A stretch of 63,910 nt of DNA, the filler included, from Dugesia japonica (lineage: Eukaryota), in NCBI GenBank assembly GCA_001938525.1. It is 5 parts of 5 records of this genome, joined end to end, with 100 filler letters (N's around TTAATTAATTAA, not from the genome) between each part and the next. Parts side by side here need not be neighbours in the genome. Positions count along the whole stretch, not along the records: positions 40,238 to 55,590 come from MQRL01591165.1; positions 55,691 to 63,910 come from MQRL01110494.1; 3 more parts are not named here. One strand, written 5' to 3'. A program made the position numbers and the translations under genes. This document shows, in pieces, positions 49,201 through 62,389 of the stretch (position 1 is the first letter of the stretch; each line of letters opens with the position of its first letter). The notes beneath the pieces were generated by a model that was given only the letters and a program-made list of their open reading frames with translations, searched no databases and had not been told where the DNA came from.

Positions 49201-50327
49201 TTTCGAGGTTGATATATAAATTCCTATTAATTTACATAATTATATGTCTGATCTTTCTGTTGCTGCTGAACACCAATGTCCTCCTGGATCTAAGGTGAAA
49301 AAACTGTTACTAACACATAACAATAATAATTATTATGTTGTCTATAGGCGATTGTTACAAATGTACTTGCAATTAGGTGTTAAAATTGCCAAGTTGTTAA
49401 GTTTTCTCAAGACAACATCTTTAAGAAATATATTGATGATAATACCCGGTTAAGACCACAAAGTAATTCTGATCTCAATAAAAATTATTATAAACTCTTG
49501 AATAATAGTTTTTATGAGAAATCTGTAGAGAATCTGAAAAGGAGAATGAATCTTAGACTTTGTAATTCGACTAAAAAGCTTTTAACTTTTACGTTTAAAG
49601 CAGGGTTTATGAAATCTATTAAGATAGATGATTTGATTGCTGTTTATATTAAATAAGGAATTGGTTTGTTTGGATAGAACAAGTTACATTGGTCAAATGG
49701 TTCTTGATCTTTCTAAATTAAGCATGTATCGATTACAGTACATTGAACTTGAGAAATATAGGAAATATGAGAAATGTAAGATCAATATTGTTGCTAGTGA
49801 TACCGATAGCTTCCTCCTTGAATTTAAAGACATAAAATTAGATAAATTATCGAGTTTGATGGTAACAGATAATCTGCTTAACACTTCGAACTATTGCAAA
49901 ACACATCCTCTTTATAACGATGATTTGAATTCTGTTGTAGATAAGTTCAAGGATGAAAATAAGTGAAATAAGCATAATTAATGGATATTCTTGAGATCTA
50001 AGGGGAAAAAATAAGGGAAATAAGTATAATGAATGTATATTCTTGAGACCTAAGTGTTACCGTCTTCTTAGTGATAAAGATAGTATGAAAGCTAAGGATA
50101 TTACATTGAAAGGCACTCACTTGACTCATCAATCTTACCGCGATGGTTATTCCAACAATCAAACAGTCTCAGTGAAACAGTTCAGGATTGGTACGCGTAA
50201 CCATCAATTATCAAGTTTTGATGACTCGAAAATAGAACTAAGTAATACAGATGACAAACGAGTATGGGTAGAAAAGAATAAAAGTCTACCATATAGTCAT
50301 TGCGAAATACCTATACCACACATTTGA
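46256..50327 (+). pseudogene. Protein-primed family B DNA polymerase (pPolB) with HNH/endonuclease-VII-type insert
   Basis: VVNVEN*DNYCFIYSILA, ExoI VIYADFES, VRDHDHFTGKYLGLACNNCNL, ExoII FHNLRGYD, GIRGG, PolA YIEINNLYG*AL, PolB YKLLNNSFYEK, PolC SDTDS, KFKDE, LRPKCY, DDKR. Many stops and frameshifts; probable 5' intron 46326-46389. Confidence 0.95.
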
Positions 50328-51089
50328 TTAAAATCACTTTGATGCATACAATCAATGTTCAGGTAATGATTTGTTATTTGTATTAAATTAATATTTATCA
50401 TTTAGTATTTCAGCTCATTCAATCCAAATGTTTTTATCAGACCAAACAATATCACATTTTTATTAATAAATTTTAGTTTTAAAATATTTTCTGTTGTATT
50501 TTTTATTTAGTTACTTACTTATTTTAATGTTTTTCAATGTGTATTACAATTGTTCTATTCGAGTCAATCAACAAAACAATTAAACAAATATGTTTGGGAC
50601 TACTATCAAAGAAACATTTCATTTACAGAATGTAATAAAATATATTTTTGTAGAAATTAAGTTTAATTTTAGTTTTAAAGTATTTTCAGTTCTATCTTTA
50701 TATATTATATTTAGTTATATTTTTTAAAATTAAACACCACTTTTAAATTATTTTTAAAAAATTAAACAACTTTTAATTGGTTTTTAAAAAATCCACTCAA
50801 ATTATATTAAAAAAACACCATTTTTAAAAAAAATACCAAAACTAAAACCATTTTCAATTTATTTTTAAAAGTTTATCACAAGTTTTTAAAAAAATTTTCG
50901 TTTGTCGACGGGGGAGAGGTGGAGAAAGGGCTCGATTGGTGATAAAATTCATTTTGTGATATACGCTATTATCTATTATTTTTATTATTTATTTAAACAT
51001 TTTTTCCCGGAAATTTATTTTCAGCTTCCAAATTAGGGTATCCTGCACCCATTAGTTTTACTACATTCTTCTAATAATTGTATAATAAT

Positions 51090-51154
<65 letters not shown>

Positions 51155-51204
51155 NNNNNNNNNNNNNNNNNNNNNNNNNNNNNNNNNNNNNNNNNNNNNN
51201 NNNN

Positions 51205-51271
<67 letters not shown>

Positions 51272-51277
51272 TAAATA

Positions 51278-51380
51278 TTTTACAATTGCCATTATTGCGA
51301 AAATAATTGTTGGACATAACCATTGATTGTTTTATAGAATTCATTTAAAATAATAGCTTTGATCAAAATTTTTTTTATTG
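51278..51380. repeat. Dispersed repeat, second copy at 61889-61990
   Basis: TTTTACAATT..ATTATTGCGA.AATA.TTGTTGGAC.TA.C.ATTGATT...TAGAATTCATT.AAATAA shared. Confidence 0.7.
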
Positions 51381-52598
51381 ATATTTGATAACATTTCGAT
51401 ATTTGGACATAGTCTTCTTCAGGAATTGACTTTTGACTTGAAATCAAAAAGTCAATTCATGAATATAAATATTATCTAAATATTATATAAATATTATAAA
51501 TATTGCCTTTAAGCCAGGCTTTAGCTAGCAATCTTATAATATTAATATAATTAAGAATTGAAAATAAAAGTACATAATCATAATTTTGTTCAATCGATCC
51601 CGATATGAGCAGTAGGGACTCATAAAATACGAGCAAAAGTTATGCGGTCGCACAAATTTTACTCGTCGCATATTTACATTGCGATTTTGCCGAACCACTT
51701 AAGCAATAGCACTTAGATGTGTGCCACCGCCTATTTACATTGCAATTTTCCAAACCACTCTATATAATAAACGAACACAAGAAAAAATCTTCTGCGATTA
51801 ACTGAACAAAAGAATTCCTATTCTATAAATGAATTATAATATAAATGAATAAAATAAATAAGCCTCTTTAAAATAGGTGAACGAAAGAATTAGATTTTTA
51901 AACATAAACGAATGAAATAAACAAATCTTTGTTGATTTAAGTTTTTCTTTATTCTCCTTTCATTGTTTTCGCTTTATTATTATTATTGTTCTTTAACTTA
52001 ATTCATTCAGTTTAACCATTTTAGTAAAATTATATTGAGTAATTGTTAAATTAAATTTATTTTGTTAATTAAAAATTAACTAGAGCAACTGCTGAATGTT
52101 TAAAGTGAAAGTTGATGTGGATACAGAGAAACCGAGCCTATGAGATTTACAACGCTTTCCTGCAAGAAGCAACGAAGCCAATCACCCCTTCGATTTTGGC
52201 TAAAGAGTGGCGGAGTAGAAGCAAGAATGGCAGGACCACGTAGAACAAGTGTAGGAGGCCCAAGTTAAAAGCGATCTGTGGTGCCATAGCGGCGCAATCC
52301 AACAAATAAAATTTTAGTTAAATATTAATCGCATTATGATTTTCGTGACTTGTGTTTTGTTCGATATGTAACGTCAATTATAAATTTGAAGCGATATTTA
52401 TGTTACAATCCTGAATTTATTTTCAATTTTAATTAATTAATATTAAATTTAATATTAATTAATATTAAATGAATTGAGGAAATTTAGAAGTTTGAATTAC
52501 CATATTCTGAAAGAGTATAATGAAATTAAATTCCACATGTTTAATGNCTTTTTTATTCATACCATAATTTATTTCCGATAATAATTCAGTGGACTGAA

Positions 52599-52740
52599 TG
52601 AGTTTGGAATACTCATCGGATCATTGATATCAGAACTCGAATTCATAATAAGATTTATTGAAAAAAACTATGCTAACACTATTTGTTTATTCAAACAAAT
52701 TAAAATCCGTGTTTTAATTGGGGATCATATTTTTAAATTA
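52599..52740. mobile_element. MITE family M1, copy 3 (5' part)
   Basis: TGAGTTTGGAATACTCATCGGATCATTGATATCAGA...CAAACAAATTAAAATCCGTGTTTTAATTGG. Confidence 0.65.
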
Positions 52741-53165
52741 TTAAAATTTATCTTTAATTTATTATTAAATCAAATTTTGATCAGTTAAAATTTTAATTTA
52801 TTGCTTAATTGTCATTAAAATTTAAAAATCAATATTCACTCACTAAAAACTTTTTAATTTATTGTTAGATTAAATTTAAAATCAGTTGAAAATATAAACT
52901 AAATATAAGGTAAATGATGATAAATGATGATAAGGTAAATGATAAATTTTTAAAAAATTTGTTTTAATGTATTCCATTTTTTCAGTATTTATTAATTTCA
53001 TTATTTTTTTAAATATTTTCTTGGTTTTAGTTTTTACAAATTTTTAATATTTTCGATTTCAAAATTTTTGAAATTATTTAAATGTTACTTTGACATTTAT
53101 TATCGTTATATGCGCAATAAAAATATGAACAATATGATGTAATTAAAATTTCAATCGAACTAGTG

Positions 53166-55590
53166 TAGGGGTCGGCAACCTGCGATTGTTTAGATGTAAA
53201 GTTGCAGCTCTACAGTTCCATACGAAAAAAATATTATTATCAATACACTTAAAAATAAGAAAAAATATTATTAAATACCTAATTTCTCAATTCCTTTTAT
53301 TTTCATAATCGTTAATTACAAATAACTTCGCTTAACATTTCCGTCTCACCCAAACATCCACCGTCGTATTGTCAGTTAGTCATTCTCGTATTGCGCAACG
53401 TGGTCGCACTACGTTCCATGTGTGGTATTAAACTTGCTTGTTCTTGCAAGAAGAAATTTTTTCCAAACGGAGTATCTTCTCAATGATATGTAGGCGTATA
53501 ATATTGTAAAATTGGTAACAAAATTTGATTACATATCTGAGGATCATGTTGACTGTTAACAATAATGGTAAATAAATTGTTTACGATTTAGATACCTAAG
53601 TAAAATTTTAAAAATCATTTTTTCAGCTCCGCCAAAGCATGTCATCCTGTAATTAAGAGAAGAACTAAAGAAAACCGGAAATTCAATTAGGATTGGACAG
53701 AGTCGTTTGCATTCATATGCAACCCAGGTGGCATTCCGACTTGTCTCATTTGGTACAAAAGCTCGTACATAAACAGAAGTCAAATTTGAAGACACTTTAC
53801 TAGAAAAAATACCCAGTTTGCTGATAAATACCCAACGGGCGACGCACGAAAAAAAGCTGTCGAAGAGTTAAAAATAATCAACAACAGTCAAGTTCCATGC
53901 TAAGTAACTGGGCGCAATCTTCCAACAATGTTAATCTGGCAAGCTTTGCAGAATCATTAGAAATTGCAAAAAGAAGAAAACCATTCACAGATGGTGAGTA
54001 CGTCAAAGATTGTTTTTTAAGTGCATCTGAAGAGCTGTTTCATAATTTTAAAAACAACGCAGAAATCATGAAAATCAAAAATTTGCCATCATCTGCTAAA
54101 ACAGTACAAGATAAAACTAATAAAATATCTTCAAACACACACGCAAGTGGAAGACATTTAACTAGCCTCCGCCTTATCACTTGCTAAAGATGAGTCTTGT
54201 GATATAAAAGACACGGCACAAGTTATCCTTTTCGTCAGGTATATGTCGTCCCAAGGTCCAAAAGAAGAACTGTCGGGATTACTACCGCTCTCAGGACAAA
54301 CTCGTGAAAAAGATATAGCCAATGCGGTGCAAAAATGCCTGGAAGACAATGAAATCGATATAAATAAAATCGTTTCTATAGCAATTGACGGAGGCAGAAG
54401 TATGGCAGGAATACATATAGAGGTAACATCAATTCTTCAGGAAAAAATAAACCCCGAAATTTTAATGTTTTACTGCATAATTCACCAAGAAACTCTTTGT
54501 GCCCATACATTTCCGTCCGAAATAGTAGAGCTCGTGAACTTGGTAATTAAGATTATTAACAGGATCTCGGCAAAAGCACTCTATCATAGCCAGTTAAAAA
54601 ATTTCCTTAAAGAAATAGATAGCCAGTTTTTTTACCTACTTCTGCACAATAAAGTGAGATGGCTTTCCAGAGGTAACGTATTGCAACGTTTTGTTTTGTG
54701 CTTTAGTGAAAAAAATTATTTCTCCATGAAAAAAGCATTGAGCATCCAGAATTGGAAGAAGACAAATGGCTGCAAAAATTCAAATTTATGGTAGATACCA
54801 CAATGAAACTAAATGAACTAAGTCTAAAACTGTACGGCAAGGGCAACCCAGCGTATACCTTGCTTGAAGTAGTCTGTTTCGAAAAAAATGGCTTATTTTT
54901 GTTGAAGACATGGAGAGCGGGAAATTACTTCATTTTAAAAATCTAAAGCAATTTCGCGATGAGACCAATGCAACTTTTGACACGAATTAATTCAGTATAG
55001 CTTTAAAAAAGATTAAGGATTGATTCGCTGAGAGATTCGAGTAATTTAAAACAAACAAAAGTACTCTTGCGTTCATCGTAAATCCCCTTAACACAAATAC
55101 AAATGAAATCAACATTGAGCCATTTAGAATTGATGCTGGATAGCTTCAGATGTAATTGCTAGATTTGAAAACTAAAGACTTTTGGAGTAGAACGTACACA
55201 GAACTCAAGAGCAAGTTGGAAGAGTTGGAGGTTCAGAAATGTATGTAAATCGCGCAGCATAAGTGGACAGCTCTAAAAGAAATTCCTCGAGTTGAGATTC
55301 TAATATTCAATGTATTGAATAGTCTTACAGAATGCTACAGTGAGGTTAAGAAGTTGGCATATACAGTGCTGACAATCTTCGGGTCGACATATTCGTGCAA
55401 ACAAGCGTTCTCTTACAGGAATATAATAAAAATTAAGTTAGAAATCAACTAACATTAAAATCTCGAGTCGTGCTTGAAACTTAAAACACAAGTATTAGCA
55501 AGATTAGATCGAACCGTTAAAAGACATAGAAAGCCAATGCTTCCATTGATGTAACTATCTATATTTTTGTTTTTATATGAATAAATATTA
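53166..55590 (+). mobile_element. hAT Buster/SPIN-like transposon with near full-length transposase pseudogene (53639-55549; GTF2IRD2/EPM2AIP1-like)
   Basis: Left TIR TAGGGGTCGGCAACC. Motifs DWTESFAF..PTCLI..RHF, KPFTDGEYVKDC, DESCDIKDTAQV, IAIDGGRSMAG, YCIIHQETLC, LLHNKVRWLSRG, IFGSTYSCKQAFS, end SQCFH*. Right TIR lost in the gap. Confidence 0.92.
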
Positions 55591-56882
55591 NNNNNNNNNN
55601 NNNNNNNNNNNNNNNNNNNNNNNNNNNNNNNNNNTTAATTAATTAANNNNNNNNNNNNNNNNNNNNNNNNNNNNNNNNNNNNNNNNNNNNTTTTGTTTTG
55701 TTTTGATCGAAGCCTTTTCTTATTTATGAAATCTCAAATCCGATCAATGGTTAAGTCCAACAATAATTCTCACAATAATTGTAATTATAAAATTTTTTGC
55801 AATCATTGAAAAATGACAGGACTTTCCTAAAAGTGATTAAAATTTCCACAACCTTTTTAATTATTGTTGAAAATTTACTATAACTTTTCTAAAACTGGTT
55901 AAAATTTCCACAATCATTTCTGTAATAGTGATTCTAATACTGTCAAGGTTTATGTCCTGATAATTAATTCAGATAATTACTTAGTAAAAATTGATTTCAA
56001 ATGTTAATATTCCTCCTGGAAAACAACTAAATTTTAATTTTCTATGGTTTCATCATAATGATCCTCTAATACTCATAAAATCCAGCAATTGTTAACTCAA
56101 TCAGTTGTACTTTCAATCAAATCAAATAATTCAATCATTCACATATTTTCACCTTATTATAATAAAATCCTTTAACTAAATAGGTTTGATTCAATTAATG
56201 TGTATTATTCGCCTATTATTCATACTTAGTATAATTAACTCGTTATAATCAAATCTAATAAGAATTGTGCGAGGGATGAAAACTTCTGTGTGCAGAGATC
56301 CAAATAGCTGCAAGTTGTCGAATCATGCTTCAATTAAACACTATTATTAATGAATTTTATGTTTGTTTTATCGTATGAAATCAGAAAATAGACCTTATAT
56401 TGTGTTTATTACCTTTAGAACTTTAGTACAAAATATGTATCGATTATGTAATATGATAATGTCATGAATCATTCATGTGTTTTGATTAAATACTATTATT
56501 CCAGAATATTTTAATTATGTTTTTAAAAAATTGATATTATATTTGTTTAAATTGATTATTTACATGAAATGTATACTTTTTAAATTTTTAAATAAAATAA
56601 TCTTTCGAGGAAAATCTAACCCTAAGAGTATTTTAATGTTATTATTCACCTGGGGAATATTCCAACGTCAATATTATCATATGAGTATTCAAAGGTATAC
56701 ATGAAATTTCTGTGAAGTATATACAGTTTGTGTAAACGTTTCTCTAAATACACACCTTGATACTATAATATTCTTGATCAGCGTAAAATTCTGCGTCGAA
56801 TGATGTGTAATATGACATAGTTCTAAAGATAAAAATTCCTAAAAAAACATAATTACTGTATGTAATGGATTTTATGGAAACA

Positions 56883-57307
56883 GTTGCTATGGTAACGGTA
56901 AAGATTATTATTCAATAGGTACGCAATGATTACATAAGTATTATGAAATAGTAGATTAGTGATTATATAAAGGTTATGTAACGGTAATCGTTAATTGTGT
57001 AATAATTGCATACTAATTACGTAATCGGGGAATATGTTCGATTTGATTACGTACCAATTATGTAATGATTCCATATCGATTACGTAGAGTGAAAAGTTTT
57101 TTGATCAATTAAGTAATTGATCAATTATTAATTACGTAACGAGGAAGTCGAGTTTGGTTGATTATGTTATGATTACGCAATAGATTTGGAGGATTGTATC
57201 ATGATTATTCAATGATTAGGTAACTGTTAAAAGTGATTATGCGATGATTATGTAATACATAATAAAACCAATTTGTGTTAATATTACGTCACCCTTACCA
57301 TAGCAAC
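56883..57307. mobile_element. MITE-like element whose inverted ends are RFX X-box motifs, with internal GATTACG/TTACGTAA repeats
   Basis: GTTGCTATGGTAAC (56883-56896) and CTTACCATAGCAAC (57294-57307). Confidence 0.55.
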
Positions 57308-58509
57308 GGCTAAACCCCTCTTACTTTTCTCTAGTTCTCTTTTCTATCTCCTCTTTACTAGTCTTCACTCTTTACTAGTGGTAAATATACTGTTTAATTA
57401 GTATTTAATTCTTTAACCTGTTCTATATTTTTTACTTTTAATTTTGAACTTAAATAAGATTTAGTGTATTTTTTTTAATAAACTGTTCTATTTTTATCAA
57501 AAAAATCTAATTTAAATTTAATTTATTATATAAAATTTTTATTAAGATTGATTCATTGAAATAATTTCTAAACATTCATTGAAAATAATCTGTATAAATT
57601 ATTGAAAACTTGGCTTCTGCGGGTAAATTGAATTATGTTTTAAATAAATCTTTAAAGGTAATTTTGAAAGTAAATTTAAAATTTTTATGGATAAATTAAA
57701 ATTATAATACCAAATTTTTTAGGTATTGAAAATTATAAAAAAAAAATTATAAAAAAAAAATTAAAATTATAATAGAAAATTTTTATTAAGTATTGATGAA
57801 CTTTTGAAATAATATTAAATCACATCAGATTTTGCATGTATTTTTAATTAATGTTTAATTTATAATAGAAACTTTTTATTAAGTATAAGAAAATTTGAAA
57901 TTATTTTTAAATATTTATTGAAGATAATCCATATAATTGAATGAATTAATAATTTTCAAATAATCATGAGAAAAGTATCTAAACCATTAATTTTAGGTGT
58001 AAAATACAGTCACTTTAGAATATTTAAAATAATAAGTTCAATTTAAGATTTCACAATTATAAAGAGGTAAAAACGTTTACAATTTTTTATTTTCAATTAG
58101 GATATTACAATAAATAAAGATAATTGTAAAATTAAATTCTATGAATCAAATTAGTTACTTAAATAGTTATTGATTTGATTATAATTTTACTTTGAATAAA
58201 TTTTCTTTGAAGATTTAACTAATTAATTTTAAAAAATATTTAAATGAATAAATTAATTGATTTGAAACTCTAATAATAGGTTTAATTGGTTTGAATTTTA
58301 ATTAATGAAAGAATAAATGTATGTTACAAGTTGACGATTAATTGTATAATAAACACATTAGAAATATATTTTAAATGGATTTTACTATATTAAGATGAAC
58401 ATTTAATAAGTTTATTCAAATTATTAGTTGTAAGTGGATTATAAAGTTGACTATATTGAATAAGCGATGAACAGATTAAACCATTAACTGAATAATCAAT
58501 AGGTAAATG

Positions 58510-58752
58510 ATGAAAGTGCGTATTCTGTATGTTAATATTTGTTGATAGCGAGTATTCTATATGTAATACTTAAAAATAGTTAGTATTGGTTATGTTATGA
58601 TCTGTTAATAGCGATTATTGTGTATTAAGACTTGATAAAAGTGAATATTATACTGTTTTTATGTCAAGATTAGATGATAGTGAGAGTTGTATATGTTAAA
58701 AGCTGTTGATTGCGAGTATTGTCTATGTTTATATACTCTGCTTATGAGTATT
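58510..58752. repeat. ~31-bp degenerate minisatellite (GATAGCGAGTATT.TATATGTTAA..TGTT)
   Basis: About seven visible units. Confidence 0.7.
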
Positions 58753-61359
58753 AACATTTAAACTTAATTTTTACTAAGTAATTATATGAATGAATTATCA
58801 GGATATAAGCCTTGACAGTATGAGAATCACTATTATAGAAATGATTATGGAAATTTTCAACAGTGAATAAAAAGATTGTTTAAATTTAACCAATTTTAAG
58901 AAAGTTCTGGTAAATTTTCAATGTACTTAAGAAAATTCCTGTCATTTTTCAATGATTTCAAAAAAGTTTTGCCACTCTTTTACACCGGAATTTTGAAAAT
59001 TAATAAGTGTGTAATTTTTCAACGATGATTAAAAATATTGGAAATTTTAACCATCTTTAAAAAATTTCTAGTAAATTTAAACCATTTTTTGAAATTTCCT
59101 GTCATTTTCCAGTGATGATAAAAAAGATTGTAATTTTTCATCGAATCAAAAAAGGGTTCATGTAAATTTTAGATTAAATTTCACGACTTCAAATAAATTT
59201 GATAATACTATCTCACTCTTTCTTACCCTCTCAATCTCGGTCTCTCACACTTATCCTTTCTCACTTGATCTTTCTCACTCTTGTTTATTTCTCTAACTTA
59301 AAACAATGGTCTTAATGGTTTAATGGTCTTATATTTAATTATAAAAACCTATATTTTCTGATTGAAACCAGTATTTCATTATAAATCTCATATTTTCAAT
59401 AATGAAACCATAACTGTATATATATTGGAACTAATATTTTCAATGTTGAGATCAATATTTTTAATGAGAAGATCTGTGTTTTCTATGTTAAACTCCTTTT
59501 TTCTAACAGTGTATCTGAATATTGGCTATTAAAAGGAAAAAGAATTCCATAAAACCAAAGAACAAGCAGGGCTGCCAAGGTACAAGCAAAGAAGCAGAAG
59601 GATAATCAAATGATTAAAATATACTGTAATAGTTATATTATTTTTAATAAAAAGCATGTCATATCAACTCTTACTCACTATCACTCAGTCTACGTGTCTT
59701 CTTTTCTCCCTATTTGACAGTCTTTTAAGATTATTGAAGTGAGGTCTAAGAAAATATGAAGAGTAAATATGCAATAACACCCAATTGAAAATAGTTAAAA
59801 TATAGCTAAATAGTGGTAAATGATGCTAAATGGTGGAAAATAAGGGGAAATATATCCAAATATAGTTAAATATTGGTAAATGATGAAAAATGACTAAATG
59901 TAGAAGGAAATGGTGGAATATTAAGTGAAAATGGATAAAATGTAGACAAAATAGGCATATTAAATGACTATGTATAGAATAAATGCAGTCTAATAAGTGA
60001 CTAGTTTTACTCTATTAAATATTTTCTATGCCGAAACTCATATTTTCTAATGGTTAAACTTGTATTTTCAATGATAAGTCCATAGTTTTATATTATAAGT
60101 CCATTATTTTCCAATAATGGAACTCATATTTTCAATAAGTATAAGTTATAGTTATAATATTGATTTTACTGACTGATAATTTAGTATTTCAAAGATAAAT
60201 AAACCCATGAAAACCAAAGTGTACGCAGGTGTGTTTTGGTGCACGCAAGGATACCAATGAGCAAGCAAAGATGAACGCAAATAGTGAAGGATTTTATTGA
60301 AAGGAATCCCTATATTGCACGAGATAAAACTCTTATTTTTTCATGTTGAAACCATATTGAACTCAAATCGTAATGGACTTAATCTTTTAACAAATAAAAT
60401 AAACCATAACTTATTAATATAAACTTGTCTTATTACGTAATCATCCAATAAATTAAACCAAGTCTCATTTATATTCAAAGTTTATTACATAAATGTGAAT
60501 AAAATAACGAGAAATATGTTGAAATAAGGTAAAAATGATGGAAAAATAGAGTAAAGCAGGACAAAACATAGTAAAAGTTTAAAAATAGGAAATTAGCCCG
60601 AAAATAACGGAAATTGGTCCGTAAATGGAGAAAAAATAAAGAAAATGTACTCAAAATGGGTTAAATTAATAAACATTAAAACTTTAAACAAATAAAGAAC
60701 TATTAAATCATAGTTGTACATCTATATGTGACTGTTGTTTACGACTAAATCCTAAAATGATAGTCGAATGTTTTCTTAAATAAATATTAGTCATTATTTG
60801 TTGTTTTGAGTTTAATATGTATTATTTAAAGGTTACCTTGTCTAAGTATCGAACATAATGTTTACGCATTTACTGCAAAAATATCAAGTCTCTTCCATCC
60901 TATGCAAAATGTCAAGACTGCCCCATTGCTCGGTATTACAGGTATTTCGGTAACAGTACAGCCGGCAATCGATCCCAAGGAGAGATGAACTCCCATTTGA
61001 ACTCAAATAACTTTTTAGTTAAATAATAAATTAAATAATAGATTTATAAGATAAATAAATAAATGATTGACATTTATTCAAAAATCTTTATAAACTGTTG
61101 ACATTTAATTAATAATAAGTTTTAATTGCGTATTTTATGTGACACCAGCAGTTAACAATGTGAAATCAAATAAAATGATCGAAAATATTTATAGAAAGTA
61201 AAATTTAAAGAGTAACCAAATAATGTAATTCATTTATTGACTTTAAATTCATAAATTTTTTTTTACTATTTATTAAAAAATAATTTTAATAAATTGAATC
61301 TTTTTTTAAAGTATTAATTGAATGTTCATTTATTAATAAAATATACTAAATAAACTCAC

Positions 61360-61793
61360 GTTAAAATAATTTCTTAAATCGTTGCATTCTTGAAAAAATT
61401 GTGTATTTGAAGAAATATTTCTTAAACATATAAATAAAACTTCCCACAATTTACAAATTCTCCCATCATGTGTACATTTTAAAATATTTAATTTTTCATT
61501 AATTTGTTTCTCAATATCACCATCCAACAAGTATTTCATTAGTATAGTTATGTCTCCTGATAATATAATTAATTTTAAAATTTACAAAACGTTGTAACCT
61601 TTCTTTTTAATAGTTGTATCGATCATTTCCTGAGTATTAATTATACAATTCTTATCTGGTGTAAATGAAAAAATAGAAGTTTATAAAAATGCAATAAAAT
61701 ACCTGCATTAACTTGCTTTTGAGTACCGTGATTGTTGACATTTTTCTTTTTATTTTTTCTGGGTTCCACTTTTTGCCAACTAGTATCATCCAT
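61360..61793 (-). CDS. Multi-exon gene of unknown function (exons 61793-61703, 61655-61599, 61556-61360; continues downstream)
   Basis: Removing GT-AG introns of 47 and 42 nt gives an uninterrupted frame MDDTSWQKVEPRKNKKK...GDITILMKYLLDG...LKCTHDGRICKLWEVLFICLRN...CNDLRNYFN, ending at a GTGAGT donor (61359). Confidence 0.65.
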
Positions 61794-62389
61794 AAATAAA
61801 ATGAAAAATGAATTGACCTAGAAATTTAAAATTAGTTTGAAATCTTATTAAAACAATTAAGTTAAATTAAATTAAATTTAACTTATTATTTTACAATTTC
61901 AATTATTGCGAGAATATTTGTTGGACGTAGCTATTGATTATTTTTTAGAATTCATTAAAATAAAAGCTTGGATAAATTTTTTTTTTGGTTTTTGATTCTG
62001 AATTTTGATTAATAATTTTGAGTTATTATCAGAAACTAAAAGAATTTGATCGAAGCTTTTTTTTCAATTTATTATTATTACTTATTACTCAACCTTTAAA
62101 TATCATGTATATAACTTTCATTTCACTAAAAATTGTTTTTAAAAGCATGCTTTTAACTTAATTAAATTATTAATTAACTAAATTCTCTTTACAAATGAAA
62201 AAACATTGTTTTAAAATTTAAAATATAATTAATAGAATTATAAATATTAGATCTGAATTTCAAAATATATTTTATTCGGTATAGGTATTGTGAGATTTAC
62301 AAAAACAGTGTCAAAACTCTCGAAATTGCAAAAGGAGAAATCTTTTTTCAAAGAAATGAATATAACAGAGGTAATAATTATATTCAAAA

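Larger units (their letters stand above)
40820..50975. mobile_element. Polinton/Maverick (adintovirus-like endogenous virus) unit 2, degraded and internally deleted
   Basis: IRs 40820-~41033 / ~50357-50602. Contains ATPase, mCP, PZ, MCP and pPolB, with a G-rich right subterminus at 50900-50940. Integrase and protease not seen. Confidence 0.92.
55790..59130. repeat. Large inverted-repeat pair (55790-55965 / 58793-~59130) containing CACTA-starting motif and AAATTTT subrepeats
   Basis: AATTATCAGGA(C/T)ATAA(A/G)CCTTGACAGTAT(T/G)AGAATCACTATTA(C/T)AGAAATGATT(G/A)TGGAAATTTT...CCTGTCATTTTTCAATGATT in opposite orientations. Confidence 0.8.

Noticed and set aside
46256-50327. Alternative genetic code in the Polinton to explain in-frame stops
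   Set aside because: TAA, TAG and TGA all occur together with frameshifts, deletions and decayed catalytic motifs, which indicates ordinary pseudogenisation.
52080-52305. GC-richer island possibly from a LINE 3' end (also 39980-40137)
   Set aside because: No diagnostic motif could be established by eye.
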